Origin: a virus
Virus record (IMG/VR): IMGVR_UViG_3300025117_000032
DNA: 64,000 nucleotides
Direction: 5' to 3' (one strand)
The stretch's first letter is position 1, and every line of letters begins with the position of its first letter. Made by a program: the position numbers and the translations under genes. This document shows positions 39,460-49,066 of this stretch, piece after piece. The notes beneath the pieces are model-generated. The model did no database searches, was not told the origin of the DNA, and saw only the letters and a list, made by a program, of their open reading frames with translations.

Positions 39460-42400
39460 TTATACCTCACATGATCCTGTTTTGCACTCTTCATTAACAA
39501 CCTTAACCAAATCTTTGTTCTTAGCATACAACTCAACATTCTCTTCTGTTGTTGGTATGGCAACCAATGGTTCATTAGCTCTTGACCCAGCACGATACAA
39601 TGTCAACCCCTTCAAGCTATCGCTGTAATTCAATATCAACTCCATCAAATTATGGTAGTCATAGTCCTCTGGGAGATTTATGGTGTTGTGCGAAACTATC
39701 CCATCTATTAGGTATGAATGAGTATCTTCAACTGAAATATCCCACACCTGTTTAACTCCAACACATTCTATTGACACCACCTTTACACAAGTAACATTGG
39801 AATCATAACCACTATACCCAAGATTTTTCAAGGATTCTTCAACCATAAAACCACCACACAAATTCATGGACCTCTTAAAATTTCTTCTCTTATACGATTC
39901 AGTGGTTCCAACCCCAATTAATTCAACCAATTTTTCTCTATCTTCTTCCTTAACAAACCTCTGAATCCATTTTCTACCTCCACTTGGTAACTTGTGGCTT
40001 TCAATTGGAATTAAATCACAACCATCGTTATAATATATGGAAATTCCATAAGACTTATTTGATTTCAACCCGGTCTTAACTTTCTTTTCCCCAAAATAAT
40101 ATTGGTATCCCAACCCGGCACAAATAGAAATGCATTTCTCAGCTATGTCTTTTGAATACCCCTCATAAATCACAAGCTTTCCGGTGTCATTAATTTTGTA
40201 TCCATCTAAGGTTAAGCCCCTCAAAAAATGTTTCTTCACAAGATTATTTGAACACATAATTTCACCTGGGACCACCTTGTCTACACAATTAGAACCAAAT
40301 TTATCTCTGAAGTGTTTAACCATTACTCTTGAATTTATGTGGTGCGACTTAACACCAGATCTTTTGTCAACCGAAGTTTTCGGTTCTACCCCAAAACACT
40401 TAACAAAAAGGTTGTCAATCAATTCACCAACAATATGATTTTTTTCAACTATACCAACAGAGTTTTTATTTGTATATCCATCTGCTAACCACATACCAAG
40501 AAATAAGGCAAAATCTTCGTCCATATGCGTTGGGTAATCTTTTACCCAATTGTTTGGTCTATCAATTTTTTTGTATTCAAACAAATTATCGTTCAACATT
40601 GGCGTTGTATTATAAAACACCCTATCTCCAATATCTAAACTTGTTACCCCCTCCCATCCGTTTGGTGTTTTAAATTTGTGGTTAAGAGAACATTTTATTT
40701 CTCTTCCGTTAGAAAACTTAATAGAATAGCATTTTTTTCTTCCTCCATTATATACACTTACAACTTTTTTCATACAGCCATTTTCATCCAAAACCATAAT
40801 CCCATCATGTGGAGTGGTAAATGTATCTTTTGGAATGTTCTTTGTTTTTGCTATATCTTCTATTTTTATAGTGCCGAAATTTGTATTAATTAGCGTTCCT
40901 TCGATGACACATTTGCTTATTGCCTGATCAACATAATCCTGAATGGCTGCTTGAACCGCAATGTGTTCCTCTGGGGTTACATCATAAGCCCCAACGATAT
41001 GCTCCCATTTGTTTCCGCTATTAACAGCCCTTGCGAACATTGGGTCAACCACAATCTCTTCTGCTATGACATTATCAACTCTATACTTTCTCCTATACAT
41101 AGGTGAGAAGATTGGTTCAATCCCGCTAGACGTTCCGGCGATCATGGATATTGTCCCGGTTGGAGCTATGGAAAGAATAACAGCATTCCTTATCCCGTAC
41201 TTCTGTATGCTCTTCAAAATTCTAGTTGGTAGCTTCTTCACAAAGTTATTGTCTATGTATTTCTCATAGTTAAACTCTGGAAAAGACCCCTTGGTTTTTG
41301 CTGTATCTATACTTGCCTTGAATGCTTCGTTGCGTATGGTTGTGAACAACCTCTCTATGAACTCCAAAGACTCTTCCGATCCATATCTATACCCAAGCTT
41401 GATTAGCAAATGGTGAAGACCCATGACACCTAGACCTATTCTCCTAGACCTCTCTGCTACGATCTTTGTCTCTGGAGTTGGATAAACGTTCATGGTTAGT
41501 ACATTGTCCAACATCCTCACGGCAATCCCGATCACCTTTTCCAACAAAGACCAATTCACATCATCCGTGACTTCATCATACATCAACCCAAGGTTGATGC
41601 TTCCCAAGTTGCAGTTTCCATCATCGGGAAGCAAGGCTTCTGTACAATTTCTTGTTAACACCATACTATATTTGTTGTTTCCATTTTTATCAACTGTTGG
41701 ATTACCAATGCAGAAAAAATTATGGTGTTTTAGTACATTCCCGCAATATACATCTTCAACACCTATTTTTTCAACAGACACAACCCTATGGTTGTTTAAA
41801 CCATTTAAGTCTATATGATGAACACACTCATCTGGTCCAATTTTAACACCAGTTCTCAATTCTACTTGGATATTGTGCTCTGTTCTTCTATTACCACTAT
41901 GGGAAATCCAATTATAATATTGGGATTTTGGTTTATTCCAAAGTTTCTGTTTCCACATTGTCATTGAATGTATTGAATCGTTATTTTTCAATTGTATACA
42001 AGTTTTCTCTGATCCATCTTTCATTATGAATTTGTGTTTGTCATTTACATCTAAGTATGTTCCATCGGAAAATGAAACTCTATAGATGTCATTCATTTTT
42101 CCAGTTTTCCGTATGTTTTCCATTTTTGATATTGATAGACTTCCATTGTTGTCAACACAATATACGTCAGTATCCTCACCAATTTCTGATAATTCTGAAA
42201 TCTTAATTGGATCTCTCCCATCTGCAACGGCAACCAATGTATCCCCAACTACACATGGATTGCAACTGCTATACTCTTCAAAATACTTGGTTGCAAAATT
42301 GTTCTTTATGTTATCGACAAACAGGAACCCAGGTTCACCGGACTCAACTGCATTCTTGCAAATGGTATCCCACAACTCTTTGGCTTTGATGTTTGTCAGA

Positions 42401-43182
42401 CCAACCACTTCAAAGGTATCTTCCCAATGAAGTCTAAAGAAATTTTCTGCTGTCTTCAAAGCAGTTTCTTCGGATGTGGCAACCACATAAATTTCGTCCT
42501 CAATACCCTTAGATGTTCTCTTTAGCAGATACCTATTGAACACCTGCCCCCTAAATTCAAACACCCAATCCTTGTCTGCTTTCACAGCCTCAAAAAACTT
42601 ATTGAAGTAATTCACACTAATATTGTGGTTGTTCAACTCATGCAAAGTCAACTTTACATTCAAAAACTCTTGAACATCGGGGTGTGGTATATCCAGGTTG
42701 GCTATTAGAGCCACCCTCCTGCCCCCACCCGACTTTATCTCATTACCAATGGCATCTATCTTCCTTATCTCTGAAACGACTCCTGGGGCAACCCCTTGGA
42801 CACCCTGGATAGGATCCCCCTTTGGTCTTATGTTGCTGTAGTTTGTTCCAACTCCCCCACCAAATGTAGAAATTAGATACATATCGTGCATAAGCTTGGC
42901 AATAGAGTGCCGGTTGTCCTCAACATCCTTGCAAAAGCAATTCAACAAACCACCAAGTCTTCTGCCCGACCCATACAGAACCCTTCCACCTGGAAAATAA
43001 TAACCATTTGACAAAACCCAATTAAACCTCTTTTCCCATATAACCATATCTCCATTGTGTTCTGCTTTTGATAAATGATTCGCTACCCTTCTTGCTACCT
43101 CTTCCCATGTTTTTTCTGTTGGCAATGCGTATCTTTGTGCCATTATGCTCCGTTGAAAATCACTCATCTCAAATTTATCCAT
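39460..43182 (-). CDS. nrdJ: Ribonucleotide reductase, probably class II (B12-dependent), with two inteins
   Basis: FPGGRVL..LLNCF, GGGVG, NP/CTE active site, CNLGSINL, RRIGLG, IAPTGT, C-terminal CxxGxC; no ATP cone; no beta subunit in window. Confidence 0.85.
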   Translation of the reverse strand: MDKFEMSDFQRSIMAQRYALPTEKTWEEVARRVANHLSKAEHNGDMVIWEKRFNWVLSNGYYFPGGRVLYGSGRRLGGLLNCFCKDVEDNRHSIAKLMHDMYLISTFGGGVGTNYSNIRPKGDPIQGVQGVAPGVVSEIRKIDAIGNEIKSGGGRRVALIANLDIPHPDVQEFLNVKLTLHELNNHNISVNYFNKFFEAVKADKDWVFEFRGQVFNRYLLKRTSKGIEDEIYVVATSEETALKTAENFFRLHWEDTFEVVGLTNIKAKELWDTICKNAVESGEPGFLFVDNIKNNFATKYFEEYSSCNPCVVGDTLVAVADGRDPIKISELSEIGEDTDVYCVDNNGSLSISKMENIRKTGKMNDIYRVSFSDGTYLDVNDKHKFIMKDGSEKTCIQLKNNDSIHSMTMWKQKLWNKPKSQYYNWISHSGNRRTEHNIQVELRTGVKIGPDECVHHIDLNGLNNHRVVSVEKIGVEDVYCGNVLKHHNFFCIGNPTVDKNGNNKYSMVLTRNCTEALLPDDGNCNLGSINLGLMYDEVTDDVNWSLLEKVIGIAVRMLDNVLTMNVYPTPETKIVAERSRRIGLGVMGLHHLLIKLGYRYGSEESLEFIERLFTTIRNEAFKASIDTAKTKGSFPEFNYEKYIDNNFVKKLPTRILKSIQKYGIRNAVILSIAPTGTISMIAGTSSGIEPIFSPMYRRKYRVDNVIAEEIVVDPMFARAVNSGNKWEHIVGAYDVTPEEHIAVQAAIQDYVDQAISKCVIEGTLINTNFGTIKIEDIAKTKNIPKDTFTTPHDGIMVLDENGCMKKVVSVYNGGRKKCYSIKFSNGREIKCSLNHKFKTPNGWEGVTSLDIGDRVFYNTTPMLNDNLFEYKKIDRPNNWVKDYPTHMDEDFALFLGMWLADGYTNKNSVGIVEKNHIVGELIDNLFVKCFGVEPKTSVDKRSGVKSHHINSRVMVKHFRDKFGSNCVDKVVPGEIMCSNNLVKKHFLRGLTLDGYKINDTGKLVIYEGYSKDIAEKCISICAGLGYQYYFGEKKVKTGLKSNKSYGISIYYNDGCDLIPIESHKLPSGGRKWIQRFVKEEDREKLVELIGVGTTESYKRRNFKRSMNLCGGFMVEESLKNLGYSGYDSNVTCVKVVSIECVGVKQVWDISVEDTHSYLIDGIVSHNTINLPEDYDYHNLMELILNYSDSLKGLTLYRAGSRANEPLVAIPTTEENVELYAKNKDLVKVVNEECKTGSCEV
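39685..40911 (-). mobile_element. Intein with LAGLIDADG endonuclease (409 aa) in RNR
   Basis: AISK|CVIEGTLI...FLGMWLADG...FLRGLTLDG...GIVSHN|TINLP. Confidence 0.92.
41647..42255 (-). mobile_element. Intein (203 aa) at RNR active-site Cys, with truncated HNH remnant
   Basis: SCNP|CVVGDTLVAV...VNDKHKF...VHHIDLNGLNN...VLTRN|CTEAL. Confidence 0.9.
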
Positions 43183-43185
43183 GGT

Positions 43186-44613
43186 CTAATCCTCCAAGTC
43201 CTTCAATAAGGACGCTATATCAACGGAACCACTTCTTAATATATTGCTGCTGTGATCTAGCACATTTCTTACTGCCGTATTCACATCATGTTGCCGATCC
43301 CTGTTTTCTAAATCTTCTTCATCCAACCCAACTTCATCAATTGTAAAATTCATGCAAGTGGTGTCAAATAAACCAGTAAAGGCAACCTTATCTTCACCCA
43401 TTCTACTCTTGGCTAAAAAGTAACAAGCCATACCCAACTCTCTTAGCCTTGGGGATCTTCCAATAGAAATCACTAGGTCTGCCGTGAAAGCCTTTGCCAA
43501 TGCTTCTGATATTGTCTTCAAAGCAACAATAGACACATCCAAACCATCACGATTAGTTTGTGTAGCAGACCATAGGGGCAAAGATTCCTCTCCTGCCCAC
43601 CCCCTAAGCTCCTTTATTATGGAATCAATCTCAAATCTGTACTCACCATATTTTCTAGTTGGTTTTATCAAATCAGCATAATCAACAATTATCATGGATG
43701 GATTTATCCCCATGGCCCTAAGTTGCGCTAGGTGGTTTTTCAAATCAGCAATACTGGAACCCATAGTTGGAAATTCTTTGATGATAATTTCTGGTTTATG
43801 CACAAATCTACTGGATATTTCCTGTACCTTTGCCTCAACTTGTTTCCTATACTTTCCATCTGCATCCAACATTAATTTGGTCAACGGTATTCCCGTTATC
43901 TTTGAATCCAACCTCATACCAAAAGGAATCTCTTGCAATTCGAATGAGTATATGAGGGGGGTTCCCCCATTCATAAAACAAGCATACGCAAGGTGAGCAA
44001 GCATAAAACTTTTTCCAACCCCTGTGCCGCCCATGATCAAACCTAATTCTCCACTAGACAACCCACCAGCAATATACTCTTCGTCCAACATGGGAAAACC
44101 AGTTGGTATTGGATGCCTCCTTGCTGTCGTTCTCCCCAAAACATTTTTCACATACATATGTCCTATGTCTCTAGTTTGCCCGACCATCAAAGCCCTCTGG
44201 ACTATCTGTGATATCCTATCATAGTCTTCCTTGTCCAGCAAGTTAACCGACTCAAGAATGGCTCTTTTCATGGCTTGTTGCTTACAGAACTTAACGGTTT
44301 CCTCAACAATGAATTTCTTGTCCACACCATATTCACGTTTCGAGATATCATTAATCTCACCCAATAAATATTCCCTCTTGATTTCATCTTCAATTTTTGT
44401 GTTGAATATGGTTGTCAGGTTTTCGAAAGATGGTATTGTTGTATACTGTTTGTTCCATTCAACAATTGTTTGAATCATTACACCAAAATTTTCGTTGCTG
44501 AAAAAATCTGGCTTCAAGATATCTAAGACTTGTAATGCAAATTTTGAATCATTGATGATATGATATATGATTTTTTTCTGAAATGCTTCTCCGAATTTTT
44601 CAAACGAATCCAT
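43186..44613 (-). CDS. Replicative DNA helicase, DnaB/T4 gp41-like
   Basis: IPTGF, GGTGVGKS, IIVDYAD, WSATQTNR, KSR.G. Confidence 0.92.
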   Translation of the reverse strand: MDSFEKFGEAFQKKIIYHIINDSKFALQVLDILKPDFFSNENFGVMIQTIVEWNKQYTTIPSFENLTTIFNTKIEDEIKREYLLGEINDISKREYGVDKKFIVEETVKFCKQQAMKRAILESVNLLDKEDYDRISQIVQRALMVGQTRDIGHMYVKNVLGRTTARRHPIPTGFPMLDEEYIAGGLSSGELGLIMGGTGVGKSFMLAHLAYACFMNGGTPLIYSFELQEIPFGMRLDSKITGIPLTKLMLDADGKYRKQVEAKVQEISSRFVHKPEIIIKEFPTMGSSIADLKNHLAQLRAMGINPSMIIVDYADLIKPTRKYGEYRFEIDSIIKELRGWAGEESLPLWSATQTNRDGLDVSIVALKTISEALAKAFTADLVISIGRSPRLRELGMACYFLAKSRMGEDKVAFTGLFDTTCMNFTIDEVGLDEEDLENRDRQHDVNTAVRNVLDHSSNILRSGSVDIASLLKDLED

Positions 44614-44639
44614 ACAGTCTACTTTCTCTTTTAGGTGTC

Positions 44640-44683
44640 AAAAAATCCCACCACCAAACTCCATACAAGCCTAGTGGTGGGAT
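44640..44683 (-). terminator. Putative intrinsic terminator after porin-like gene
   Basis: 10-bp stem ATCCCACCAC/GTGGTGGGAT (44645-44654, 44674-44683), 19-nt loop, then U run on minus strand. Confidence 0.55.
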
Positions 44684-44715
44684 CTACTGTGTTCTACTAG
44701 TAACTATTCAACATC

Positions 44716-45567
44716 CTAAAATGTTGCAACAAACTGCATAACAATTGGATTCAACCCCTCATCTAGCTTGTATTCAACCGAAGCTGTTACCCTTTCAGAA
44801 AGGTCCATGTATGCGCCATACACCCAAGCATCTGGGTTGTAAACAAATTCAGAGTATCCATTGATGATATCGGCATTGTCTCTCACATTATAGTATCCAG
44901 CAAACAACCCAACCTTATCAAAGATCCCTGGGCTTGTTACACCCTTTGCCCAAAAGTTTCCATTGTCAGGCATATACTCACCCATGAAAGACAAGTTTGC
45001 AAACAACGATTCATACTTGAACAATCCCCCAACCACAAAACTCCCGTATGTAGTTTTCAAAGAGTCAACATCGTTGTAGCTAACAAACACTTCCAACCCA
45101 TCTTCAAACAAATTCACACTTGTCTTGACAACGTACTCTTCTGATCCCTCAAGGTACATTCCTTCTACAGAAAGTATATCATACCCTGTATCCAAATGTA
45201 AACCTTTTGCAATAAAATCTCCCCTTGGTGCCGTAATAAACACGGACTGATCCGGTCTTTGCATATGCATGAACCCAATGGGCACAGCCTTTTGACCAAT
45301 GGCCCAATTCAAATCGAACAGGCTAAACTTGATGTTAGCTTCCTCAAACTCTAGTGTGTTTAGGTCTTGATTCCAAACACCATAAAGCTCAAAGGATTCT
45401 GCATTGCACCACCCAGCAACGTAGGTAAGATCTGTTGAAAGGTTCTGTGCATCGTTGTCTACATTAACTGTAGCATCAATAGCAGCAGTACCACCAAAAT
45501 CCCCTGCCAACACTGGAAAGGCACCCATCATTGCAACCACCATAACCAACAAAATTTTCTTAATCAT
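44716..45567 (-). CDS. Outer-membrane beta-barrel (porin-like) protein
   Basis: Sec signal peptide, alternating aromatic beta strands, IGQ..VPIG motif of porins, C-terminal Phe (MQFVATF). Confidence 0.65.
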   Translation of the reverse strand: MIKKILLVMVVAMMGAFPVLAGDFGGTAAIDATVNVDNDAQNLSTDLTYVAGWCNAESFELYGVWNQDLNTLEFEEANIKFSLFDLNWAIGQKAVPIGFMHMQRPDQSVFITAPRGDFIAKGLHLDTGYDILSVEGMYLEGSEEYVVKTSVNLFEDGLEVFVSYNDVDSLKTTYGSFVVGGLFKYESLFANLSFMGEYMPDNGNFWAKGVTSPGIFDKVGLFAGYYNVRDNADIINGYSEFVYNPDAWVYGAYMDLSERVTASVEYKLDEGLNPIVMQFVATF

Positions 45568-46599
45568 GTTTCATTCTCCTTTGTTTGAACACCAGTTCTG
45601 AAAATGTATGTTCCCAATCCTCATAGTATTTCACTTGATGGTTTAGTTTGTCACCCAGGAACATCATCCTCAATCTGATATCGTTAAATCGTTGTGGTTT
45701 ACTGTTCACCAATTCATCAATTTGTTTCTTGGCTTGGAGACTGATATTAACTCTTGTCAATTGCATCAATTCCCAATTAGCCTGTATCAAATCTTGGTTG
45801 TCAACCACAACCTGATATTTGCCCAACATTTTCCCAGCGTTACCACTGTCCAAAGCGTGTTGAGCCATGTTAACCAATTCCGTCACGTTCTCAATCTTTT
45901 CTATAGAGACAATCGGGAACATTTTGAGATAAGTCTTTTCCCCTATTCCCTTTACACCAGAAATCCCATCACTCTTGTCACCATTTAGACACTTGAAGTA
46001 GATATGATTCCCAGGTAAATATCCATGCTTGCTGAAAAAAGCTTTCTCGTTTGTCAACATTTTCACTGTTGGATTGTAGCATGAAACTCTCTCATTTACC
46101 AACTGCTTGAAATCAGCGTCAGTTGAGTAAATAATAGCTTCACAATCTTTTTCCATCGAACCAACAATCTCTGCTATGATATCGTCTGCCTCTACATATG
46201 GGATTGATATTACCTTGATTGGCAACACCCCCAAATATTCTGAAAGACGACCTAGCTGGAATGAGAAGTTTGTATCCCTATCGTTCTCATTCAAAAAATC
46301 GTAAGCTTTCACCACCCCCTTTTTGAATTCCTTTTTCCTGTTTGCTTTGTAGTTTTTATTCTGGAGCTTCCTCTTTAGTCCAGAGTTTGGTCCATCCATT
46401 ATAACATAAACTTCGTCAGGAGTAAACATATTAATGGCAGTTTTCATGCTACGGAGTGTTCCAAATACAGCACCATAATGTTCACCATCAATGTTTGTAA
46501 CTTCCACGACATGAAAGCTTCGTATGAACATGCCTAATTATAGAAATCAACCAGTAACAATTTTTTCCTATAATTATTTACTATCCGATTTCTATCCAC
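45560..46599 (-). CDS. 5'-3' exonuclease / T4 RNase H-like, interrupted after codon 21 (TAG + 2 nt)
   Basis: GTG 46599 MDRNRIVNNYRKKLLLVDFYN [TAGGC] MFIRSF...; YKANR, EADDIIA, STDADFKQL, GDKSDGISGVKGIG. Confidence 0.88.
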
Positions 46600-46655
46600 T
46601 TGCATCACCCCACCTTCTCTCCCAAACCATCTTGGTTAATATACTAATTTTCTAA

Positions 46656-46985
46656 TCAATCAGCAATAACCTTTTCATTTATCATTCCATTTCTGATTAG
46701 GGTGTCAGCCAAAACGTGTGCTATTCTGTCAAGGTTTGTGTGCCCCTCTTCTCCCTCAAAACATTTCAACTTGAAGTCCGTTTCTACAGCATGAAGAACC
46801 TCATATATCAACGTCTGAAACTTATCTTCTGGGGTTCTTGTTCCAGAATATATGCGTATGGTTCTATCCCAGAAATCTATCTGACCCCAAAGGGAATCTC
46901 GCTTATGACCATCTACATCGGATGGTCAATCACAATATTCTATTTTGTAAATGAACCCACCAACGTTTATCTTGCTCATTGGCAT
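46656..46985 (-). CDS. Phage metallopeptidase-like protein with in-frame TGA at codon 20 (recoded or pseudogene)
   Basis: MPMSKINVGGFIYKIEYCD*PSDVDGHKRDSLWGQIDFWDRTIRIY...TLIYEVLHAV..., single frame of 110 codons. Confidence 0.6.
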
Positions 46986-47584
46986 TATGAAACACCCCTT
47001 GCAAAATCTATCGCCATCTGTTTAGCATCTTCCATTGTTTCAGCAACCCATTCCCCACGACCAAAATCTTCTGGGTAATATTTGGTTTCAAGCTCTCTAA
47101 TATTAATGTCTTCATCTACGCATTCCCAAGATACCATTACAACTTCATCACCATTAGCATTGAAAGCCCACTCTGCCCTAACATTCTTGCGACCTTTATC
47201 ACTCCAAAAATCTATGGAACACCTTAAAGCATCATCTCTATCCTTTGGTTTATAGTGGCAGTCCCCAAATTTACAAGTAGACCCAATGGTAAAACCATAG
47301 ATTGCACGGTGCGACCAACCAAACCATTTATTGTCAATAGTACAAAACCCAATTGAACAAACAGAATTACCTGGGTTAGCAAGCTCTGGCTTTATGCCCA
47401 TCTTCTTGCATAACTTAACTGCATCTTTTGGTTGCCCTATGAGTAAACCACCCTCTGTGAAAGCTTGTTTCAGGATAATTTTTTCACACCCATGAGCATC
47501 CTCACCACTATATTCCACATCTTTTAAGACATACCCAAACTTTCTCATGTGTCTTTCTTTTAGAACCTTTTTAGTTTCCATCAT
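46985..47584 (-). CDS. Conserved phage protein
   Basis: CSIGF...KWFGWSHRAIYGFTIGS...AKQMAIDFA. Confidence 0.7.
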   Translation of the reverse strand: MMETKKVLKERHMRKFGYVLKDVEYSGEDAHGCEKIILKQAFTEGGLLIGQPKDAVKLCKKMGIKPELANPGNSVCSIGFCTIDNKWFGWSHRAIYGFTIGSTCKFGDCHYKPKDRDDALRCSIDFWSDKGRKNVRAEWAFNANGDEVVMVSWECVDEDINIRELETKYYPEDFGRGEWVAETMEDAKQMAIDFARGVS

Positions 47585-47714
47585 GATACCTTCTTTGGTT
47601 TACAATTTTTGATCTCTCTGCTATTGGGTGCGCCTGCCAAAACCCCACAATCTCGGATATATCGTAACTCAAAATATCAACCTATGTATGCTTTTTACCA
47701 TACTAAAAAAAATG

Positions 47715-47927
47715 CTAGAACCCACTTTCTCTGTATTCGAAGACCTTCTCTATTGACCTTTCCCGTAGGGCAGCTTCAATCAAACCACACATATCTTTCA
47801 TCAATTGATTCAACCTAAGTGAATAGATGATGTTATCGTTAAATTCAGTGACCGTTGCCTGTCTGGTAGCCACCATTTTGTCGTCAACCTTCAAAATCAA
47901 TTGAAAACTATGCTCTTTGTTGCTCAT
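47715..47927 (-). CDS. Hypothetical protein
   Basis: AAGGAG RBS. Confidence 0.55.
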   Translation of the reverse strand: MSNKEHSFQLILKVDDKMVATRQATVTEFNDNIIYSLRLNQLMKDMCGLIEAALRERSIEKVFEYRESGF

Positions 47928-47941
47928 AACCTATCTCCTTG

Positions 47942-49066
47942 TTAATCCTCTGACTCGGGTTCCCCTATCATAATATCCTCATCACCAAAAGATTTTGGAC
48001 CTATGATGTATGCCTTAGCTAATGCTTCTTTCAATTCACGCTGAAACACTTCCTCTTTCCATAACGATAAAAATTTTCTCTTGGTGAACTCAACATCTGT
48101 CCCCGTTGATGGAGATACAAATTTATACGTTTGGCCTCCACACTTTTTTATTACATCAACCCGAACGGCTGAATCCCAAATTGTCTCTTCATCATCAATC
48201 CAGGCACCAAGCTTATCTCCCCACTTCATGTAATAATACATGGTTCTCATTGGTGGCGCAACCTTGTTCTTCTTAACATCACACTTTACGATCTTACCAA
48301 TTTTATTTTTGTCCACATCTGTTATTTCTTTGAAGTGCGTCAACCTAAGTCTAACACTTGAATGAAATGGTATTGCTTTTCCACCTGGAGTTATTTGGTT
48401 ATCCCCATATGTTACACCAATATTTGCTCTAAGCTGATTGATAAACACGAGGTATATATTGTTGTCGGCTACAACTGACATAAACTTTCTCAACCCTTGC
48501 CCCAACAGTCTAGCTTTAAGTCCTATTGTGGCATCCCCATAATCACCTTCAACCTCAATCTTGCATGGTGTTGCTGCAACTGAATCCCATACTATGCAAA
48601 GAGGCGGTCTATCTTTGGTCTTACTTTTCTTGAAGTTGTTTGATATGGCCTCCATAGTTTGAAAAACCTCTTCAACCGTATCCACTTCAACATGAATCAA
48701 TCTATTAACATCCACCCCACAAGCTTCCATTACCTCAAGTGACCCAGCGTGTTCCGTGTCAATAAGAACTGCTGCCCCACCTTTTCTCTGGCAGTCTGCT
48801 ATGATATAGTTTCCCATCATAGATTTCCCGGCACCCTCACCACCTGAAATTTCAACCAACCTACCCTGGGGAATACCACCAACCCCAACACGATTTGATA
48901 ACACAAGGTCAAGCATCCATGATCCAGTTGACAACCAATTTTCAACATTGACATTTGCATCTGTCATGAAACAAGCTTTGCCAGTTGACTTAAAACTAGC
49001 AAAACCAGACTTAATATCCTTGAGAAGCATACCAGAAAAATCATCTATTTCTTTTGCCACATTCAC
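47942..49066 (-). CDS. recA: RecA/UvsX recombinase
   Basis: STGS..LD, GIPQGRLVEISGGEGAGKS, IDTEHA, VWDSVAA, FINQLR, TPGGKA..FHSSVRL, KNKVAPP. Confidence 0.92.
   Translation of the reverse strand: MNVAKEIDDFSGMLLKDIKSGFASFKSTGKACFMTDANVNVENWLSTGSWMLDLVLSNRVGVGGIPQGRLVEISGGEGAGKSMMGNYIIADCQRKGGAAVLIDTEHAGSLEVMEACGVDVNRLIHVEVDTVEEVFQTMEAISNNFKKSKTKDRPPLCIVWDSVAATPCKIEVEGDYGDATIGLKARLLGQGLRKFMSVVADNNIYLVFINQLRANIGVTYGDNQITPGGKAIPFHSSVRLRLTHFKEITDVDKNKIGKIVKCDVKKNKVAPPMRTMYYYMKWGDKLGAWIDDEETIWDSAVRVDVIKKCGGQTYKFVSPSTGTDVEFTKRKFLSLWKEEVFQRELKEALAKAYIIGPKSFGDEDIMIGEPESED

Noticed and set aside
8131-46539. Group I/II introns at the interrupted genes
   Set aside because: Gaps are only 5-9 nt with no room for a ribozyme core and no consistent terminal G; trans-acting splicing is not formally excluded
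46906-46928. Selenocysteine TGA with SECIS
   Set aside because: Position is not an evident catalytic Cys site, the stem does not clearly match a bacterial SECIS, and no sel genes are in the window
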